Origin: Eledone cirrhosa
Taxonomy: Eukaryota
Length of the DNA stretch: 64,000 nt
Assembly (NCBI GenBank): GCA_964016885.1
Contig: OZ024740.1
Coordinates: 281,852,001-281,916,000 of the forward strand
Reading direction: 5' to 3'
The position numbers and the translations under genes are program-made. Shown in pieces: positions 60,718 through 64,000 of this stretch (position 1 is its first letter; the number at the start of each line of letters is the position of its first letter). Under the pieces are notes generated by a model. The model made no database searches, was not told the origin of the DNA, and worked only from the letters and a program-made list of their open reading frames with translations.

Positions 60718-62504
60718 GTAAGTGTATTAGCATCATCATCATCATCCTCATTTTACATCCACTTTTCTTACTGGTATTGGTAGGACGGTCAGTTCTTATT
60801 TAGAATTACTAAGCTCTGCAAGCTGAGAGACTACATCAGAGAGATTTGTAACTCTGAATACATATGCACACACACATATATATATATAATCTTCATCACC
60901 ATTTAACATCTATTTTCATGAGGTTCTATGGCTAGACAGGTCAGGTGATCATATTCTGCTCATATTCTAATAGAAAATAAAGCATCATTTGTGTGACAAA
61001 AATTCCTTAGCTGAATTTTTGATGACATAAGAGAAAGAGATGCTTTGTCACATAATTTGTAATCTTTGTCAACAGAAGTAATAACTGGGAAATACGAAAT
61101 ATATCTAATTAGGTGGACCTAATTAAAATATAACTCGTGCATCTTCATGCTGAAATTACTCTAAAATCTAAGGATACATTGCATTTTAAATGTCATCTAA
61201 TTTTAGCTTCATATTTGCATATTTTAGTATTTTTAGAACAACTTTCAATAAATATTAAACTTCATTTCAACTAATTTTATAGAATATTCATTAAATCAAT
61301 AAAAATTCCTTTTAAGTAATTTTGTATTAAGAACGTAGAAACGTGTTAAGCAAAGTAATTTTCATATTTAAGAGGCATTCTGGAGCCTGTTACTAATGTC
61401 TTAGTGACATTACAATTTAAAAGGTCTTCATAAGTGGGAAGGCAAACAAGAACCTCTTACCTTTAGGGAGGTAGCTTTATTCGATATGTCAAAAAGGTGT
61501 GGGCAGGAGTTCCTTAAGGTGTATACAATGTAATCCATGGATACACAAAATATGTAGTTGAATTGCAGGCAGGTTGATGGAGAAGATAGACTTTGTTTGC
61601 AGAGGACAAACAGGAGAAGTAAGCACTAGGAGCACACGTGAAATAGTTTCCTTTATTGCCTGGGAGGGTCCCAAGAGGTTGTTGACAGTTTTGTTTGCTG
61701 AGGTGACTTAGTCAGCCATGTATGATATGTTGTAAAGGGTGTGTAAGAGTTATTTAAGGTGCACACAGTGTAATCTACGGAGGGGTAATACGACATCTGT
61801 CAAAAAACATCTTGACAAATACTGCAGCCAAGACATTAAGGCCAGCATAGAGGAATGTGGGAACTTTAAGAATCAAGGAAGCCATTATCATAAACAAGAA
61901 AAAAACAGAAATAAATAACTGGTTGGAAATGCATGAAACAGATTGGCTACTATAGCAGTTCTACGCATGTATATTTTAGACACGTACACTAGTTAGGGAA
62001 GAACATATTGGTTGTTCATTTGTTTTGAACCATTTTTGTTTCACATTTGAAAAGAAGGTATTAGCCCTGAAATATGTTGAAATATATTGGATAAAACATT
62101 ATTTTGTTTTGTTTTATTTGTCATCCTTCTGAAACTTATCAGTCATTTACCATCATCATCATTTTACGTCCGCTCTTCCCTGCTTACAAGGGTGGGACGG
62201 GAACTGATTCTAGCTTGATTTCTACAGCTGGATGCCCTTCCTAACACCAACCTCATTTACAGTGAGTGCTGGGTGCTTTTTTTCCATGGCGCCTACACGT
62301 CCACTTTACAGTGTGGGCTGGGTGCTTTCTTGCCGTGGCACCTCTACGACTACTTTGCAGTGGAATGATAGGGGCCCCAGTCCTATCATCTCATTTCTAC
62401 AGCTGAGTAAACTGAAGGAAACAACACATCACCCGGTCTGAGAATTGAACTCACAACCTTTCGATTGCAAGCCCAATGCTCTAACCACTAAGCCATGTGC
62501 CTCC

Positions 62505-62693
<189 letters not shown>

Positions 62694-63701
62694 ATCACAT
62701 CATCATTTGACATCTATCTTCCATGCTTGCATGGGATGGGATGGGTTAGACGGGAATTGTCCCACTTGAGGCAAGATTGATTGGGTGACTGTATCTCGCT
62801 CGTATAGTATATATATATATATATATTATATATATATATAATTTGAAATATGTGCATCCCAACGCAAACTATCATAATAATAGTCTATCACGATAAATAA
62901 TAGTTGAGAAAATTGTGCGAAGTACCCCCTGGAGGTACCTGCAGAGAATTGAACCTGCACCTCTAGGATGCCAGGCAGGTGTGTTAATCACTGACTACCA
63001 ATTCTATCTTTTTAGAAGATTTTAAACAACCATTTATTTACACTTTGAAATTTTCCCAATGCTTAAGATCAACATCAACATCATCATATATTGATATTTG
63101 CGTGTGTCTGTATACATACACAACAAGCATTTGATCCCTGCTGCTGGCCCAGTGACAGCCTTAATCATGTCCATCATACATTTTGAAGCAATGTTTTAAA
63201 ACTGAATGCTCTTCCTGGTGCCAACCCTTTTAGTTGCCTCATACATTACACATGGATATGGTGTACCTATTCTAAACTGGGCTCACACAGCTGATACAAA
63301 AATATGTATGTGCCCCCCCCCCCCCCCCCGCCCCATAATAGTTGTGTCCAATCACTAGAATGTCCAATACATTGAAAAAAATCCGACCAGTGTTATTTTG
63401 TAGTCTTGTCTCATATTCATAACTATTTTATCTATAGTAGAAGGTTTTTAGGACCTATTGGTGCACTATCAAGAGTCGTTCTGACTCAGCACCTGTATTT
63501 GCAAAGACACCCTGTAAACAGCTGATGAATGGGAAATTTCTGTGTATCCGCCTATTCTTAGTTTTCAGTGTCTTTCATTTACTCCATGTCTTATTTTTCT
63601 TTATGTATGTATGTATGTATGTATATATGTGTGTGTGTGTGTCACAATAAAAAGCACTCAGTCCTCATTGTAAATTGGCCTTCTTAGTGCCACGGTAAAA
63701 A

Positions 63702-63828
63702 GCATCCAATTCACTCTGTAATTGTGGTTGGATGAGGAAGGGCATCCAATTCACTCTGTAATTGTGGTTGGATGAGGAAGGGCATCCAATTCACTCTGTA
63801 ATTGTGGTTGGATGAGGAAGGGCATCCA
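63702..63828 (+). repeat. 40-bp tandem repeat x3 inside a SINE/RTE-tail sequence
   Basis: Unit GCATCCAATTCACTCTGTAATTGTGGTTGGATGAGGAAGG. Confidence 0.95.
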
Positions 63829-64000
63829 GCTGGAGAAACCAAGCCAGAAACAGTTATGTATGAGCAATGCATACTCATCTGATCTGACTTGTCTCATAAT
63901 GTGACAACTCATCTAACCCATGCTTACATGGAAAATGGATGTCAAACAATAATGGTGATATATATATCATCATCATTATCATCACTTTACGTCCGCTTTT

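Noticed and set aside
61400-61950. Candidate third exon of the RNF113A-like gene
   Set aside because: No open, splice-bounded frame continuing after NPLVQC with RNF113A-like sequence could be found by eye.
62928-63000. tRNA-like sequences (also ~59170-59215 and the SINE heads)
   Set aside because: A/B-box remnants without a complete cloverleaf. Best explained as SINE heads, not tRNA genes.

Overview
AT-rich, repeat-dense animal genomic DNA. The SINE/RTE repertoire and huge (TA)n/(TATG)n tracts point to an octopus-like coleoid cephalopod, which is my inference. The ORF track is mostly microsatellite noise, but reading splice sites by hand gives three host genes. (1) A complete 9-exon ISPD/CRPPA (D-ribitol-5-phosphate cytidylyltransferase) on the minus strand, 57500->29847, 392 aa. 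(2) The last five exons of a second, diverged ISPD/CRPPA paralog on the plus strand, 1->9835, with the same intron positions and phases, lying tail-to-tail with the first. (3) The first two exons of an RNF113A/Cwc24-like gene on the plus strand, starting only ~85-105 bp from the ISPD start codon across a pair of inverted CCAAT boxes. Introns and the intergenic spacer hold RTE, CR1, R4/Dong-like and older LINE fragments, tRNA-derived SINEs, piggyBac-/Tigger-/mariner-like MITEs and a ~9 kb TA-type microsatellite. They also hold many fold-back palindromes, several with degenerate minimal hammerhead motifs of the Penelope-like type. The main leads are the duplicated, asymmetrically diverged ISPD pair, the very compact bidirectional promoter, and a ~630 bp hairpin downstream of paralog A.
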